Positions 1 to 12,219 of a stretch of 64,000 nt of DNA are shown here, piece after piece. Every line of letters begins with the position of its first letter. The stretch's first letter is position 1. Both the position numbers and the translations under genes were made by a program. Where the stretch lies: NCBI GenBank assembly GCA_035193785.1, contig CP136572.1, positions 3,188,578 to 3,252,577 on the forward strand, in the 5' to 3' direction. The stretch comes from Planktothrix sp. GU0601_MAG3 (GTDB lineage Bacteria; Cyanobacteriota; Cyanobacteriia; Cyanobacteriales; Microcoleaceae). The notes under the pieces were generated by a model, which saw only the letters and a program-made list of their open reading frames with translations, did not search any database and was not told the origin of the DNA.

Positions 1-129
1 CACCAAACTTTACAATATATTGCGGACAGTTTTGAAGTTGAATCTTGGGGACTAATACCACTAAAAGGAAGACAAGAAATGGTTGATATTTACCTGGTTA
101 CGGGTTGGAAAGCAAGGCGAAAAATCTAA
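1..129 (+). CDS. 3' end of a class III adenylate/guanylate cyclase-like protein (partial)
   Basis: Frame 1 reads HQTLQYIADSFEVESWGLIPLKGRQEMVDIYLVTGWKARRKI*; LKGR...V.IY.V is typical of the cyclase C-terminus. Confidence 0.6.
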   Translation, partial: HQTLQYIADSFEVESWGLIPLKGRQEMVDIYLVTGWKARRKI

Positions 130-196
130 TTCTGACCAATACTCGTCGTATATATTGCCAGGGTTCTAATTCCTATAGATTTGAATTATTGGGTAA

Positions 197-267
197 AGCG
201 GGTGGCGGGAATCGAACCCGCATTAATAGCTTGGAAGGCTATAGTTTTACCACTAAACTACACCCGC
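197..267 (-). tRNA. tRNA-Gly (anticodon TCC)
   Basis: Reverse complement gcgggtgtagtttagtggtaaaactatagccttccaagctattaatgcgggttcgattcccgccacccgct folds as a cloverleaf with anticodon loop cTTCCAa and a GTTCGA T-loop. Confidence 0.97.
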
Positions 268-368
268 GTTGTCTGTCACAATTTCTAACTATAGCATAAA
301 CCTCAGAAATGTAAACCCCAGTGATCAAAGTTTTTTTTGAGGACTGGGGAACACCACCGGGACATCAG

Positions 369-1833
369 CTAGGAAGCCGAAGATTCAACGGTTTGCTTGG
401 GTTTGAACTGCACCGCCAGATAATTGAGTGCCTGTTTAATAAAAGACTGTAACAAATTTGCCTGTTGATTCTCCTGAAATACGGTTTGTAGGGTTTTCTT
501 GAGACTATCCCAATTCAAACTCGGATTGTCAGTGGCTTCTAACAGCAGAGACTGGGCTTGGAAATACTCAATCAAACTCAACCCCGCAATTCGGGTTAAA
601 TAGGCCGCGCTCACCCCCTGCACCAGACTTCCGGCGATAAACGTCACGGTATTAGTTTTCAATAACGAGGTTAGGGTTTGGGTGGAGATTTCTACCAACC
701 CCAATTTCAACATCTGGGTGCTAATAGTTGTGGCAACTTCTTGACCTTGACTCAGGGAGAATTTCTGTTGATAAATCGCCCCTAAATCCATGACCAATTG
801 GGCATTAACCGCCGCCGTTGCTAACATATCTAAGGCCGGAACTGGATTAGCTACCGTTGCCGCCGCCGCAATCCATTGATATTTTTCAATCAGAGGTAAA
901 GCCTGTTCTCGACGTAATTGATTGAAAATCTCTTGTGCTTGCCGTTGCAATTCTAAGGCTTCCCGATAGGTTGTTGCTAATACTAATTTTTGCTGTTCTT
1001 GAGTTAAAATAGAGGTGAGACGGTTGATAACCGAATCTAGGATAGGTAATTGGGGTTCTAACCATTCTTGAACTGTGCCATCATCTTGATGTTGACGGAC
1101 TTTTACCCCGTTGGGAGAGGCTGCGATCGCCACAATATCTTCTGGGGATAATACCCCGGTTAATGTGGTTTTTAACTGCTGTAAAATTACAGGCTGATCG
1201 CCAATTAAATATTGATCTTGCTTATTCCAAACTAAAATTAAGCGCTGGTTATGGGCCAGCAATTCCGATATGGTTTTAAATTCGGGGTCGGTTAAATCCC
1301 CGGCGGTGACAAATAAAACCACATCCGCCGCCGTGATGGAATTGGGGAGGGCAGAATCGAGTTTCTGGAGTGGAAATTTCCGTCAAACTTAAGGTCTGAG
1401 GTTGTTGGGGCAGCCAGTCGGACTCTAGCCTTTGTAACAGGGCGGTTTTCCCCGTACCTTTATTGCCCGCAATCGTGACCCGCAAAGCCGTTCGTTGCAG
1501 TTGAGCATTGAGTTGCTCCCCTTGCTGTTGTAGGGCCTGTAAACGGTGGTTTTGAGTGGGGGATTCCGTAGCCAAACGAGCGATCAGACCTTGGGTTTGG
1601 GCGATCGCTTTTTCTACTCGAGCCTGATTTAAAGGTTCTGGAGGTGGCGACAATTGCAGGGATTCTGTCCTTTGTTGCTTAAACCACCACAGTCCAGCAC
1701 TACTGAAGGCTAAACCAAATAGCACTATTTGTCCGAGTTCAGAGGCTGAATTCTGAACACTTTCTAACAACCATAGACCGAGAGAAAGCCCGACCCCCCC
1801 AATTAAAATTGGGCGTTCCAATTTAACTGCCAT
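369..1833 (-). CDS. YcjF/DUF697 family GTPase-like membrane protein (frameshift at 1361-1365)
   Basis: P-loop GNKGTGKT, NKQD G4 motif and DUF697-like C-terminus (NPVPALDMLATAAVN); the two ORFs join by GTTTC->GTTC. Confidence 0.8.
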
Positions 1834-2150
1834 TTTGTCCTCCGCCAACGCATCAATTAACCCTAACTTCTATGGTACTTCGACCAGGGCAATTTGTGGA
1901 ATTTTCGTTCAAAATCACCGCCACTGATCGATTTGTCAGGATTCGGGATCTTGATTAATTTAAACTTGTTAGGTTAAGTCTTTTTTTTAAACTTAATTTC
2001 CTTGAATAAATAATTAATAAAAAGCCGTTGAAATATTTGTTGACCTTGATTTTACCCCGTTTTCCAAATATGGAATAAATTTTTTACAATTTTAACCATT
2101 CAGAATTACAATAGAGATTGAGTTGATCCTACCCCCCCACGGCCTAAATT

Positions 2151-4308
2151 ATGTCCAGAGCTAAAAAAACAGAGCCAAAAATTACCAAAGACATTAATCT
2201 TCAAGATCCCCAATATTACTTGAGTCGGGAACTTAGTTGGTTAGAATTTAACCGTCGGGTCTTAGCAGAAGCTTTAGACACTCGAAATCCTCTGTTAGAA
2301 AGATTAAAATTTTTAGCTATTTTTAGTTCTAATTTAGACGAATTTTTTATGGTGCGAGTGGCTGGAATTAAACGCCAAATTGAAGCCCAAGTCAATAAAG
2401 TCACCGCCGATGGTCGCACTCCACAACAACAACTAAATGCAATCCATGAACGGTTGTTACCAATGGTTACGGAACAGCACCAATATTTTGAACAACAAAT
2501 TAAACCTGAATTAGCTAAAAATGGGATTCATTTATTAAATTATATTGATCTAAATCAAGAACAAAGAACTTATTTAAAAAGTTATTTTGACGAGGGAATT
2601 TTTCCGGTTTTAACTCCCTTAGCCATTGACCGTAGCCATCCCTTTCCCTATTTATCTAATTTGAGTTTGAATTTAGCCGTTGTTCTCATCAATCCTGAAA
2701 CCAAAGAAGAATTATTTGCCAGGGTGAAAGTACCAAGTTCTTTACCTAGATTTATTTCCTTACCCAAGGAATTAAGAGTACAAGAAAATGGGGAATTTTC
2801 CCCTTGGGTTGGTATTCCTATTGGTCAAGTCATTGCCCATAATTTAGAATCCCTATTCCCAGGAATGGATATTCAAGATTATTATATTTTTAGGATTACC
2901 CGTGATGCCGATTTAGCAGTTCAAGAAGATGAAGCGGATGATTTATTATTAGCGATTGAACAGGAAACTACGCAAACGTCGAGTTGGCGGGTCTGTTGTT
3001 CGTCTGGAAATTAATAGTTCAATCCCCGACTATTTACGCAATTTATTGGTAGATGAATTAGAGTTAGAACCGGAAGATATTTATACCGTAGATGGGTTGA
3101 TGGGGCTACGGGATTTAATGTCTTTTCTGAGTTTACCTTTACCCGAATTAAAAGATAAACCTTGGACTGCCGTTTTACCCCGTTGGATGAAAGATAGTGA
3201 AGATATTATTCCGTCTAATTCGGAAACAGATGAAAAAGATATTTTTGCCATCCTACGACAAAAAGATGTCTTAGTTCATCACCCCTACCATTCATTTTCT
3301 GCCACAGTTCAACAGTTTATTAATCAAGCAGCCCATGATCCTAATGTCTTAGCTATTAAAATGACATTATATCGCACTTCCGGGGATTCTCCGATTGTTA
3401 CTTCTTTAATTGATGCGGCGGAAAATGGCAAACAGGTGGCAGTTTTAGTGGAACTTAAAGCCCGATTTGATGAAGAAAATAATATTCAATGGGCAAAAAA
3501 ATTAGAACAAACGGGGGTTCATGTTGTTTATGGGTTAGTGGGTTTAAAAACCCATACAAAAATTGTCATGGTTGTGCGTCAGGAACAGGATAAAATTCGC
3601 CGTTATGTTCATATTGGCACGGGAAATTATAATCATAAAACGGCTAAACTGTATACGGATTTAGGGTTATTAAGTGCCTGTCCAGATTTAGGAGCAGATT
3701 TAACGGATTTATTCAATTTCTTAACCGGATATTCTCGTCAACAGTCCTATCGGAAACTGTTGGTTGCTCCGGTGAATATGCGCAAACGATTTTTAGGGTT
3801 AATTCGTCGGGAAATTGAACAGGCAAATCAAGGGAAAACCGGGCGAATTGTTGCTAAACTTAATTCCCTAGTTGACCCAGAAATTATTGCTACATTATAT
3901 GAGGCATCTCAAGCGGGAGTTGGGATTGATTTAATTGTGCGGGGAACCTGTAGTTTGCGTCCTGGTTTAGAGGGAATTAGTGATAATATTAAGGTGATTA
4001 GTATTATCGGACGATTCCTAGAACATTCTCGGATTTTCTATTTTTATAATGGCGGACAGGAGGAGGTTTATATTGGTTCGGCAGATTGGATGTCTCGCAA
4101 CTTAAATCGTCGGGTTGAAGCGGTAACTCCGATAAAAGATCCAGATATTGCTAAGGAGTTAGAAGAAATTTTAGGGATTATGTTATCGGATAATCGGAAA
4201 GCCTGGGATTTACAACCCGATGGTCAATATATTCAACGTCATCCGGCAGAAAATACCCCGGAATTAATCGCCCATGATATCTTCATGGAAAATGCTTTAA
4301 AGAGTTAA
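2151..4308 (+). CDS. ppk1: Polyphosphate kinase 1 (frameshift at 2964-2968)
   Basis: RELSWLEFN, SSNLDEFFMVRVAG, HHPYHSF, ELKARFDEENNI; removing one A gives IEQELRKRRVG. Confidence 0.97.
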
Positions 4309-4313
4309 AAAAT

Positions 4314-4763
4314 ATGAATTATTGGTTGATTAAATCAGAACCGGATGTGTATAGTATTGAGGATTTAAAACGCGATGGTACTTCGATTTGGGATGGGGTA
4401 AGAAATTATCAAGCCCGCAATTTTCTCCAAGAAATGCAAGTCGGAGATTTGGCTTTTTTTTATCATTCTAATACTAAACCTCCGGGGATTGTCGGATTAG
4501 CTAAAATTATTGAAAACAACCAAATTGACCTAACCCAATTTGATGTTAACAGTCCCTATTTTGATCCGAAATCAACACCAAATTCTCCCCGATGGTATAC
4601 GGTTAAGGTTGAATTTGTGGAACAATTTTCTGCTATGATTAGTTTAGATAGTCTCAAACAAACCTTTGATTCTGAGGAATTTGGCGTTGTTAAACGGGGA
4701 AATCGTTTATCTGTTATGCCTGTTTCGCTATCGGTTGCCGAGGGAATTTTAAGGTTGAAATAA
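4314..4763 (+). CDS. EVE domain protein
   Basis: YWLIKSEP, WDGVRNYQARNFL, GDLAFFYHS, RLSVMPV. Confidence 0.93.
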   Translation: MNYWLIKSEPDVYSIEDLKRDGTSIWDGVRNYQARNFLQEMQVGDLAFFYHSNTKPPGIVGLAKIIENNQIDLTQFDVNSPYFDPKSTPNSPRWYTVKVEFVEQFSAMISLDSLKQTFDSEEFGVVKRGNRLSVMPVSLSVAEGILRLK

Positions 4764-4764
4764 T

Positions 4765-4882
4765 GATCACGGATTTAAGAGGATTTCACGGATTTCACGG
4801 ATTTTAATTTGTGTTAATTGGCGTCATCCTCTTAAAATCGGTAATTACACTGTTTACTGATGACTGTTAACTGATGACTGAT
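4765..4882. repeat. Short tandem repeats (cacggattt; actgatg)
   Basis: gatcacggatttaagaggatttcacggatttcacggatttt and actgatgactg units; a related copy lies near 46768-46785. Confidence 0.65.
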
Positions 4883-4961
4883 TATTTGGGGATTGCGGAA
4901 ATTTCCCAAAACGGTTACAATAATGTAGTATAGTAAAAATACACTATTAAATCTTGAGGCA

Positions 4962-7386
4962 TTGATTCAAACAGAAACCTTAGAACTATTGGAATGGCAA
5001 CGGTTATGTCGTCATTTATCCACCTTTACGGCGACAAAATTGGCTGCGGTGGCGGCGCAGCATTTACACATTCCCACGACCATTGACCAAACTCTGCAAC
5101 TATTAGCACAAACTCAAGAAGCCTACAAATTAGAACTGCGACAAAATGGTTTGAAATTTGAAGGTATTGAGGATATTAGCGTTTATTTGGAACGGGTAGA
5201 ACGCCATGGAATCTTATCAGGAAATGAACTATTAGCGATCGCCACAACCTTAGCAGGAGCGAGACAGTTACGGCGAGTTATTAATAATCATTCCGATATT
5301 CCGATTATAACAGAATTTGTCTCAGAATTAAGAACCTATCCCGAACTAGAGCAGGAAATTTATCGCTGTATTGATGAACGGGGAGATGTTGCGGATCGAG
5401 CTAGTGTTAAATTAGGGGGAATTAGGGGACAATTACGGAGTATTAGGGATCGGGTTTATGAGATTTTGCAACAGATTATTCAACGCAAATCTAACGCTGT
5501 TCAAGAACAGTTAATTACCCAAAGAAGCGATCGCTTTGTCATCCCAGTTAAAGCATCTCAAAAAGATGTAATTCCTGGGATTGTCCATGATAGCTCAACA
5601 ACGGGGGCGACCTTATATATTGAACCCAGAGCCACAATTGATCTTAATAATCAACTTCGACAAATTCAACGGCTAGAAAAAGCCGAAGAAGATATAATTT
5701 TACAGGGATTAAGTGAGAAAGTTGGGGCAGTTCAACCGGATTTAGAACGATTATTAATGATTGTAACAACCCTCGATTTAGCCGTGGCTAAAGCCCGTTA
5801 TAGTCTGTGGTTAGAAGCAAATCCCCCTCGCTTTATTGATTTAGAATCATCGGAAGATTCAACCTCAAATTCTATTAATTTAAGACAACTCCGCCATCCT
5901 TTATTAGTTTGGCAACAACAACATGAACAGGGATTTCCCGTTGTTCCCATTGATGTTGTCGTCCAGCCTAAAATTAGAGTTGTAGCGATTACCGGGCCGA
6001 ATACCGGAGGTAAAACCGTTACTTTAAAAACCCTGGGATTAGCGGCATTAATGGCAAAAGTTGGGTTATTTATTCCCGCTAGAGAACCCGTAGAAATACC
6101 TTGGTTTGATCAGGTTTTAGCTGATATTGGAGATGAACAATCCATTGAACAAAACCTATCAACTTTCTCCGGTCATATTCGTCGAATTAGCCGAATTTTA
6201 GCTGCAATTAATCCTCAATCAGAAACCAGTTATTCTAATTTAATTCTATTAGATGAAGTGGGCGCAGGAACCGATCCCACCGAAGGGAGTGCCTTGGCGA
6301 TCGCCTTATTACAATATTTAGCCGACCATGCTTTATTAACCATCGCAACCACTCACTTTGGAGAACTGAAATCCTTAAAATATGAAGATGAAAGATTTGA
6401 AAATGCCTCCGTTGAATTCGACGAACAATCCCTACAACCCACCTATAGATTATTATGGGGAATTCCTGGGCGTTTCTAATGCCTTAACCATTGCCAAACG
6501 TTTAGGATTAAACCCAGAAATTATAGAACAAGCTGCGGGTTATGTGGGGGAAAGTTCCGAGGAAGTTAACCAAGTAATTGCCGGGTTAGAAGCTCAACGT
6601 CGTCAACAGGAAACCAAAGCTCAAGCCGCAGGTCAATTATTAAAAGATACGGAACGTTTACATCAGGAATTAGCCCAAAAAGCAGCAGCATTAAAAGAAC
6701 GAGAACGGGAATTAAAACAAATTCAAGAAAAGGCAATTCAAGAAACATTAATTCAAGCTAAAGCTGAAATTGCAAAAGTGATTCGGCGTTTACAACAAGG
6801 GACACCAACGGGTCAAGATACCACCCAAGCAACGGAGGCTTTAAACCAAATTGCTGGGCAGTATTTACCCTCTAAAAAAGCTACCCCAAAACTCCCACCG
6901 GAGTTTACACCCAAGGTGGGTGATCGGATTAGAATACCCCGTTTTGGTCAAACCGCAGAAGTCTTGAACGAACCAACTCCAGAAGGTCAAATTACCGTCC
7001 GATTTGGGATGATGAAAATGACCGTTAGCTTAGGAGAAATTGAGTCTTTAGATGGTTTAAAACCTGTTATTCCTAAAGTTCCAGAACGGAAAAAAGAACC
7101 GATTCCGGCAAAAGAAATTAAACCCGAAAGAGCCATTGTTAGAACTTCTAACAATACCATTGATCTCAGGGGAAAACGCACCTCGGAAGCAGAAATTGAA
7201 CTAGATCGAATGTTAGGTCAAATTCATGATTTTGGGGCAATTTGGATTATTCATGGTAAAGGAACAGGACAACTAAGAAAGGGAGTTCATGAATTTTTAG
7301 AAACCCATCCTTTAGTAGAGCGTTTTGAATTAGCCCCCCCCAATGATGGCGGAATTGGTGTTACAATTGCTTATTTAAGGAATTAA
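4962..7386 (+). CDS. mutS2: Endonuclease MutS2 (frameshift at 6472-6476)
   Basis: GPNTGGKT, DIGDEQSIEQNLSTFSGH, LLDEVGAGTDP, C-terminal Smr domain IIHGKGTG; repaired junction GIPGRSNA. Confidence 0.97.
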
Positions 7387-7398
7387 TAGGAATTAGCT

Positions 7399-7435
7399 CA
7401 AAGTCCCCCTTTTTAATGGGGATTTAGGGGGATCT
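7399..7435. repeat. Dispersed cyanobacterial palindromic repeat (aaagtccccct...gggatttagggggatc)
   Basis: Same element recurs three times at 10786-10945. Confidence 0.8.
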
Positions 7436-7462
7436 CCTCGGATATAATAGGAAATCTTTAAA

Positions 7463-8020
7463 ATGCTGAATTCAGATTCTAGTAATGATCAAAAATATAA
7501 TCCAAATATATATGATTTAGAACCGGAACCTAAACCCGAACAATGGGGAAAAATTACGGTTCAAATTCAGGTATTATTACTGGCAATTGAAGCTTTAACC
7601 GGAATTGCTTTAGAAACAATTTTACAGGTAGGAAATCTGTTAAAATTAGAGCCTAATATTACCGATAGGATTGAATTATTGCAAAAAAAATCAGCAGAAA
7701 ATCCCCTATCCCTTGAAGAAATGCGATCGCTGGTGCCAATTATTTGTTATATTGCTCAACAGGATCAAATTTTAATTCGCCGAGCCTTGGGGTTAGTTGA
7801 ACAAATGGCACAGCAAAAAACCGATTTTCGTCAAGTTACCTTGCTGCGGGAATATTTGGATACATTTAACGAAAGTTATCAACAGTGGATGACCCAACAT
7901 CCTCAAACCCCCCTAGACCTTGATACCCTAGCGATTAAATTATTAATCGACTTATTATTTTATAGTAAACCCAATAGCCATCAACAATTATGGTTAACAT
8001 TAATTGAGTCCCCAGTCTAG
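7463..8020 (+). CDS. DUF3038-like protein
   Basis: LLLAIEALTG...EEMRSLV.IICY.A and KLLIDLLFYS motifs; precedes a DUF4335-like gene as usual in cyanobacteria. Confidence 0.75.
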   Translation: MLNSDSSNDQKYNPNIYDLEPEPKPEQWGKITVQIQVLLLAIEALTGIALETILQVGNLLKLEPNITDRIELLQKKSAENPLSLEEMRSLVPIICYIAQQDQILIRRALGLVEQMAQQKTDFRQVTLLREYLDTFNESYQQWMTQHPQTPLDLDTLAIKLLIDLLFYSKPNSHQQLWLTLIESPV

Positions 8021-8044
8021 TCCATTGTTAACGGTTTCACCATT

Positions 8045-9515
8045 ATGATGATTATTCGACGCTATACCCCCCCAACTTGTACCTTAGAAGTCCAGGCGAA
8101 ACGTCCTTTCATCTCTCGCCCGAAACAACAACCGATTTTAGAACAGTTTAAATTTAAACTTTGCTTTGATGATCCCCGTTTACCCGATGCCGATCATATT
8201 ACCATTGAAGGCGATCGCACCCAACTAGAAACCCTCTCTCAAGTCATCAAAAATTATATTCAAAAATTTCTTAATTTTGCCCAAATATCAACCCGTGAAC
8301 CCGCCACAGTTTCCCTCAAATCTTCCACGGAAAATACCCCATCATTTGTTCTTTTTGACGAAACCAACTCAGAAATTAAAATTAAACCCGATGGCTTATT
8401 ATACCATGATTTATTCTTAGGAAACCTCTCTAAAAACCCCACTAACTTATTTATTCATCTCAGCGTTTTACAACTATTTGATCTCTCGGCTGCTTTAGAA
8501 GAATATATCACAGAATCCCAAAATCTATCCAATCTAAAATCCCTAGAAAAAACCACCCCCGAATGGTTAAAAACAATTTTATTTATTATTATTTCTACTG
8601 GCTGTTTAACTGGGACAATTAAACTAATAAATCTCTATCGACAACCCCAAACTCAAACCGCCACCCAACCCTCAGAAACCGTTAAAATTCCGCCCCCAAA
8701 TCTGGTTTCCCTTACCCCCGCCACCCAAGTTAGCACCCCTTCCCGTCCCGTCTGCACCCCCGATTCAGATTAAAGTCGCTCCCAATTTACCCCCCGTCAA
8801 TACCGCCCCCCTTCCCATTCCCGCCCCTCTGTTTCCCAACCCGACAAACCCCCAAGCCATACCAGACCTGCAACCTGGCTCCGGGGAGTTCATGATTATT
8901 CCCCAGGACTCTCCGGTCATAGATGGGTCTGTACCCCCCGCCCCACAGCCCTTAGCAGCACCCGTACCCCCGCCCCCACCTCGCCTAGCCGTGGCTCCCA
9001 CCCAAGCACCGCCCCCCTCTCCGCCCGTAATTTTTGCACCCCAAACTATTCAATTACCCACCTTAAAAAATGAAGCCCAACCTATTATTTTAAACGTACC
9101 TTCTGCGGAAAATCCCTCAAATTCTTCGCCAGAAAATTCCGACCCAGATAAACAGAATTATTTGGCTCAACTGAATAAACGCCCCCCCACAATTGCCGCC
9201 ACTCGTCAACAGGATACCACCCTATTTGATCAAATTCCGCAAGTGAATGAAGTCAGAAACTATTTTCAAAAAATCTGGTATCCGCCCAAAAATTTAAAAC
9301 GCACCTTACAATACAGTTTAAAACTCAATTCGGATGGTTCTTTACAGAGTGTTACGCCCGTGGGTCTACCTGCGGTTAATCGTCAAAAACAACTGGATTT
9401 ACCAGAAATTGGGAAACCTTTTGTTTCTCCCTTAGAGTCAGGAAAAACCCCTAAAATTCGTGTGATTTTACAACCGGATGGGAGTGTTCAAGCGTTTTTA
9501 GAATCGTTGAATTAG
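8045..9515 (+). CDS. DUF4335-like membrane protein with Pro-rich linker (frameshift at 8705-8709)
   Basis: RRYTPPTCTLEV, F.L.FDDPRLP, LSVLQLFDL and C-terminal IPQVNEVRNYFQKIW...DGSVQAFLE. Confidence 0.78.
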
Positions 9516-9520
9516 GGTTT

Positions 9521-9973
9521 TTATAGCGGTGTTTCCCAAAATTTCCCCGTTAATAAAATCTCTACATCCTGGGGAAACGGACAAATATCAGGAAATTCTG
9601 CATCATATTCAACCTGCATATTTCCCAAAGATTCCTGATAACAATCGAGATAAATTTCTGGTAAATAACTTCTCAAACTAGGAGAATCCCTTAGCTGTTT
9701 TTTAATATCCTGTTGCGTTCGATAAATCGTTACTTCCCAACCTCGAAAACAATCGGGTAACGGAACATAACACCGTTTTAAAGCGTGTTCAAATAATGTG
9801 GTTAACCGACTTTCTAATTCTCGTTTATCCCGCTTTCCCAAAGATTCGATTTCCTCAATTAAATTGTCCCAATCTAAATTTTCAATATTTCGAGATTTTA
9901 ACTGATTAACCGTCTCTGCAATCCAGAGTGCAAAATCAATATCATAAAGTGTTTTTAACGAAGTTTGGGTCAT
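9521..9973 (-). CDS. DUF29 family protein
   Basis: LYDIDFALW...LDWDNLIEEIESLGKRDKREL...SPSL...FPDICPF. Confidence 0.9.
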   Translation of the reverse strand: MTQTSLKTLYDIDFALWIAETVNQLKSRNIENLDWDNLIEEIESLGKRDKRELESRLTTLFEHALKRCYVPLPDCFRGWEVTIYRTQQDIKKQLRDSPSLRSYLPEIYLDCYQESLGNMQVEYDAEFPDICPFPQDVEILLTGKFWETPL

Positions 9974-10188
9974 AATTATAACCTACATTTTATCAAGATT
10001 TTATTTTAACGCAGTTGAAAGGCGATCGCCCCTGATGTCGCCCAAGAAATTATGACCCGTGATAGTCGCCGTTGGAGTGACTTGTTGAAAGCTACAGATT
10101 AGCGGTTAGGATTGGATATCACTATCATAATTTTTTTGCTAATATAATAGTTTGTGATTAAAAACAGTTCATACTGCGGAGGTAAAGC

Positions 10189-10761
10189 ATGGCGGTTTTA
10201 CAGTTAGAAGACGGAACAACTTACACCGAATTAGATGAAATTCAGCGAGAATTAGCCAGTCTGAATATTCATTTAAACCATTGGTCTGTCGGTACAGATC
10301 CAGAATTGATTAAATTATTGAATCAACCCGGATTAAACGATAACGAAAAAGCAGAAGTTTTGCAAGGACTAGATCAATATTTTGAAGAATTAAAACAAAC
10401 CGCAGGTTATCAGTCCCGGGATTTAATTGTTCTTAATCCTGATACCCCTAACTTAGAAACATTACTAGCAAAATTTGAACAGTGTCATATTCATGCTGAT
10501 AATGAAGTTCGTTATATTGTTGATGGGGAAGGAGTATTTGGCTTTATTCGTCCCGATGGTAGTCAAGTGGAATTAACCGTTGAAGCTGAAGAATATATTA
10601 ACGTTCCTGCTCATACAGAACATTGGTTTTATTTAACAGAAACTCGACGGATTAAAGCAATTCGTTATTTCACCACTACCGAGGGTTGGACTCCCGAATA
10701 TACGAATACTGAAATTAGGATTTTTTCCAGAAGACCGAAAAAAACCTTAGCTTTGAATTAG
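10189..10761 (+). CDS. mtnD: Acireductone dioxygenase (cupin)
   Basis: H.H...EVRYIVDGEGVF and HWF metal ligands, GWTP; next to mtnW and mtnB. Confidence 0.88.
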   Translation: MAVLQLEDGTTYTELDEIQRELASLNIHLNHWSVGTDPELIKLLNQPGLNDNEKAEVLQGLDQYFEELKQTAGYQSRDLIVLNPDTPNLETLLAKFEQCHIHADNEVRYIVDGEGVFGFIRPDGSQVELTVEAEEYINVPAHTEHWFYLTETRRIKAIRYFTTTEGWTPEYTNTEIRIFSRRPKKTLALN

Positions 10762-10785
10762 TTTTCAATGCTTTTATAACGTACT

Positions 10786-10945
10786 AGATCCCCCCTAAAC
10801 CCCCTTAAAAAAGGGGGAATAGAGTCAATATTTCCCTGATTCAAAGTCCCCCTTACTTATTAAGGAGGATTTAGGGGGATCAATCTTCAATATTTATAAA
10901 TTCAAAGTCCCCCTTATTAAGGGGGATTTAGGGGGATCAATCTTG
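10786..10945. repeat. Three copies (one inverted) of the cccccttattaagggggatttagggggatc palindromic repeat
   Basis: Copies at about 10786-10820, 10842-10885 and 10903-10945. Confidence 0.85.
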
Positions 10946-11002
10946 AGGTTAAAACTCATATTTTTTGAGTTATATTGTTCATTATTACTAGAATAAAAAA
11001 CC

Positions 11003-12163
11003 ATGACCATTGAAGTTGATTATCGTTTTCCTCCTAATATTGATGCGTTGCGTCAGGCGAAAGTAATTGCTATCGGACAAACCGCAGGAACTTGGGACGA
11101 AAGATTTAGCCATCGGGAAGATAATTTGCGATCGCATTTAGCCGAAGTTGTTAATATCAAAACCGACGAACAAGGTTATAATATTGCAACGGTTAGATTT
11201 CCAGAAATTAACGTTGAAAATGATATTGCTAGTTTACTAACGATGATTTTTGGTAAATATTCAATGGCCGGAGTCGGTAAAATAGTTGCGGTTAGATTAG
11301 ATAAAAATTATGGTCGGGTTGCAAAATTTGGCATATCAGGAATTCGTCAACAATTACAAGTCTTTGACCGTCCTTTAATTATGGCAATCTTTAAACCCGC
11401 TTTAGGACTATCAGCCCAGGATCATGCTACAATTTTACAAGAAGTGGCAACGGCTGGATTAGATATTATTAAAGATGATGAAATTATGGGGGATTTAAAC
11501 ACCGCCCCCACCCTAGAAAGGTTAAGAGCTTGTCGTCCAATTTTAGACCAAATTAAACAAGAAACCGGGCGCACCGTTTTGTATGCTATTAATGTTACTG
11601 GAAACGCCCAAACCCTATTAGAAAAAGCCCGAATGCTGGTGAAAGAAGGAGCGAATGCCCTATTATTAAATGTTCTTACCTACGGTTTTTCGGTCTTAGA
11701 AGCCCTCGCCACCGATCCAGAAATAAATGTTCCCATTTTTGCCCATCCTGCCTTGGCGGGGGCGTTATGTGCCTCTGGTGATACGGGTTTTTCCTATTCT
11801 GTGATTTTGGGAACCTTCATGGCCCACGCCGGGGCGGATGCGGTCTTATATCCCGCCCACTATGGCAGTTTACCCTTTGATCCGGGGGAAGAAAAACGGA
11901 TTTGTGAGCAGTTGCGATCGCGGAATGTTTTCCCCGTACCCTCGGCGGGAATTCACCCCGGAATTGTCCCCAAGGCCCTATCGGACTATGGAAATGATGT
12001 AATTTTGAATGCGGGGACGGGGATTATGGAGCATCCAAATGGCCCTGGAGCGGGGGTTAATGCCTTCTTCCAAGCCCTCGACTGGTATCAACGGGGTCTA
12101 CCCTTTGATGTTAACAAAATGCCCCCTGGCGCTCTGAGACAAGCGATGGAAAAATGGGCATGA
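11003..12163 (+). CDS. mtnW: RuBisCO-like protein (form IV), 2,3-diketo-5-methylthiopentyl-1-phosphate enolase
   Basis: IFKPALG, DIIKDDE carbamylation motif, HPALAGA, PVPSAGIHPG, NAGTGI; flanked by mtnD and mtnB. Confidence 0.92.
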   Translation: MTIEVDYRFPPNIDALRQAKVIAIGQTAGTWDERFSHREDNLRSHLAEVVNIKTDEQGYNIATVRFPEINVENDIASLLTMIFGKYSMAGVGKIVAVRLDKNYGRVAKFGISGIRQQLQVFDRPLIMAIFKPALGLSAQDHATILQEVATAGLDIIKDDEIMGDLNTAPTLERLRACRPILDQIKQETGRTVLYAINVTGNAQTLLEKARMLVKEGANALLLNVLTYGFSVLEALATDPEINVPIFAHPALAGALCASGDTGFSYSVILGTFMAHAGADAVLYPAHYGSLPFDPGEEKRICEQLRSRNVFPVPSAGIHPGIVPKALSDYGNDVILNAGTGIMEHPNGPGAGVNAFFQALDWYQRGLPFDVNKMPPGALRQAMEKWA

Positions 12164-12217
12164 ATTCGTAATTCCCAATTCCCAATTCGTAATTCGTAAT
12201 TCCTAATTCGTAATTCA
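12163..12217. repeat. Heptamer tandem repeat (aattcgt/aattccc)
   Basis: aattcgt aattccc aattccc aattcgt aattcgt... Confidence 0.85.
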
Positions 12218-12219
12218 CC

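Noticed and set aside
105..299. 64-aa ORF
   Set aside because: Antisense to tRNA-Gly and overlapping the end of the cyclase gene
11003..12163. CO2-fixing RuBisCO large subunit
   Set aside because: Only 386 aa, no rbcS/rbcX, lacks the form I GLDFTKDDE context, and sits among methionine-salvage genes
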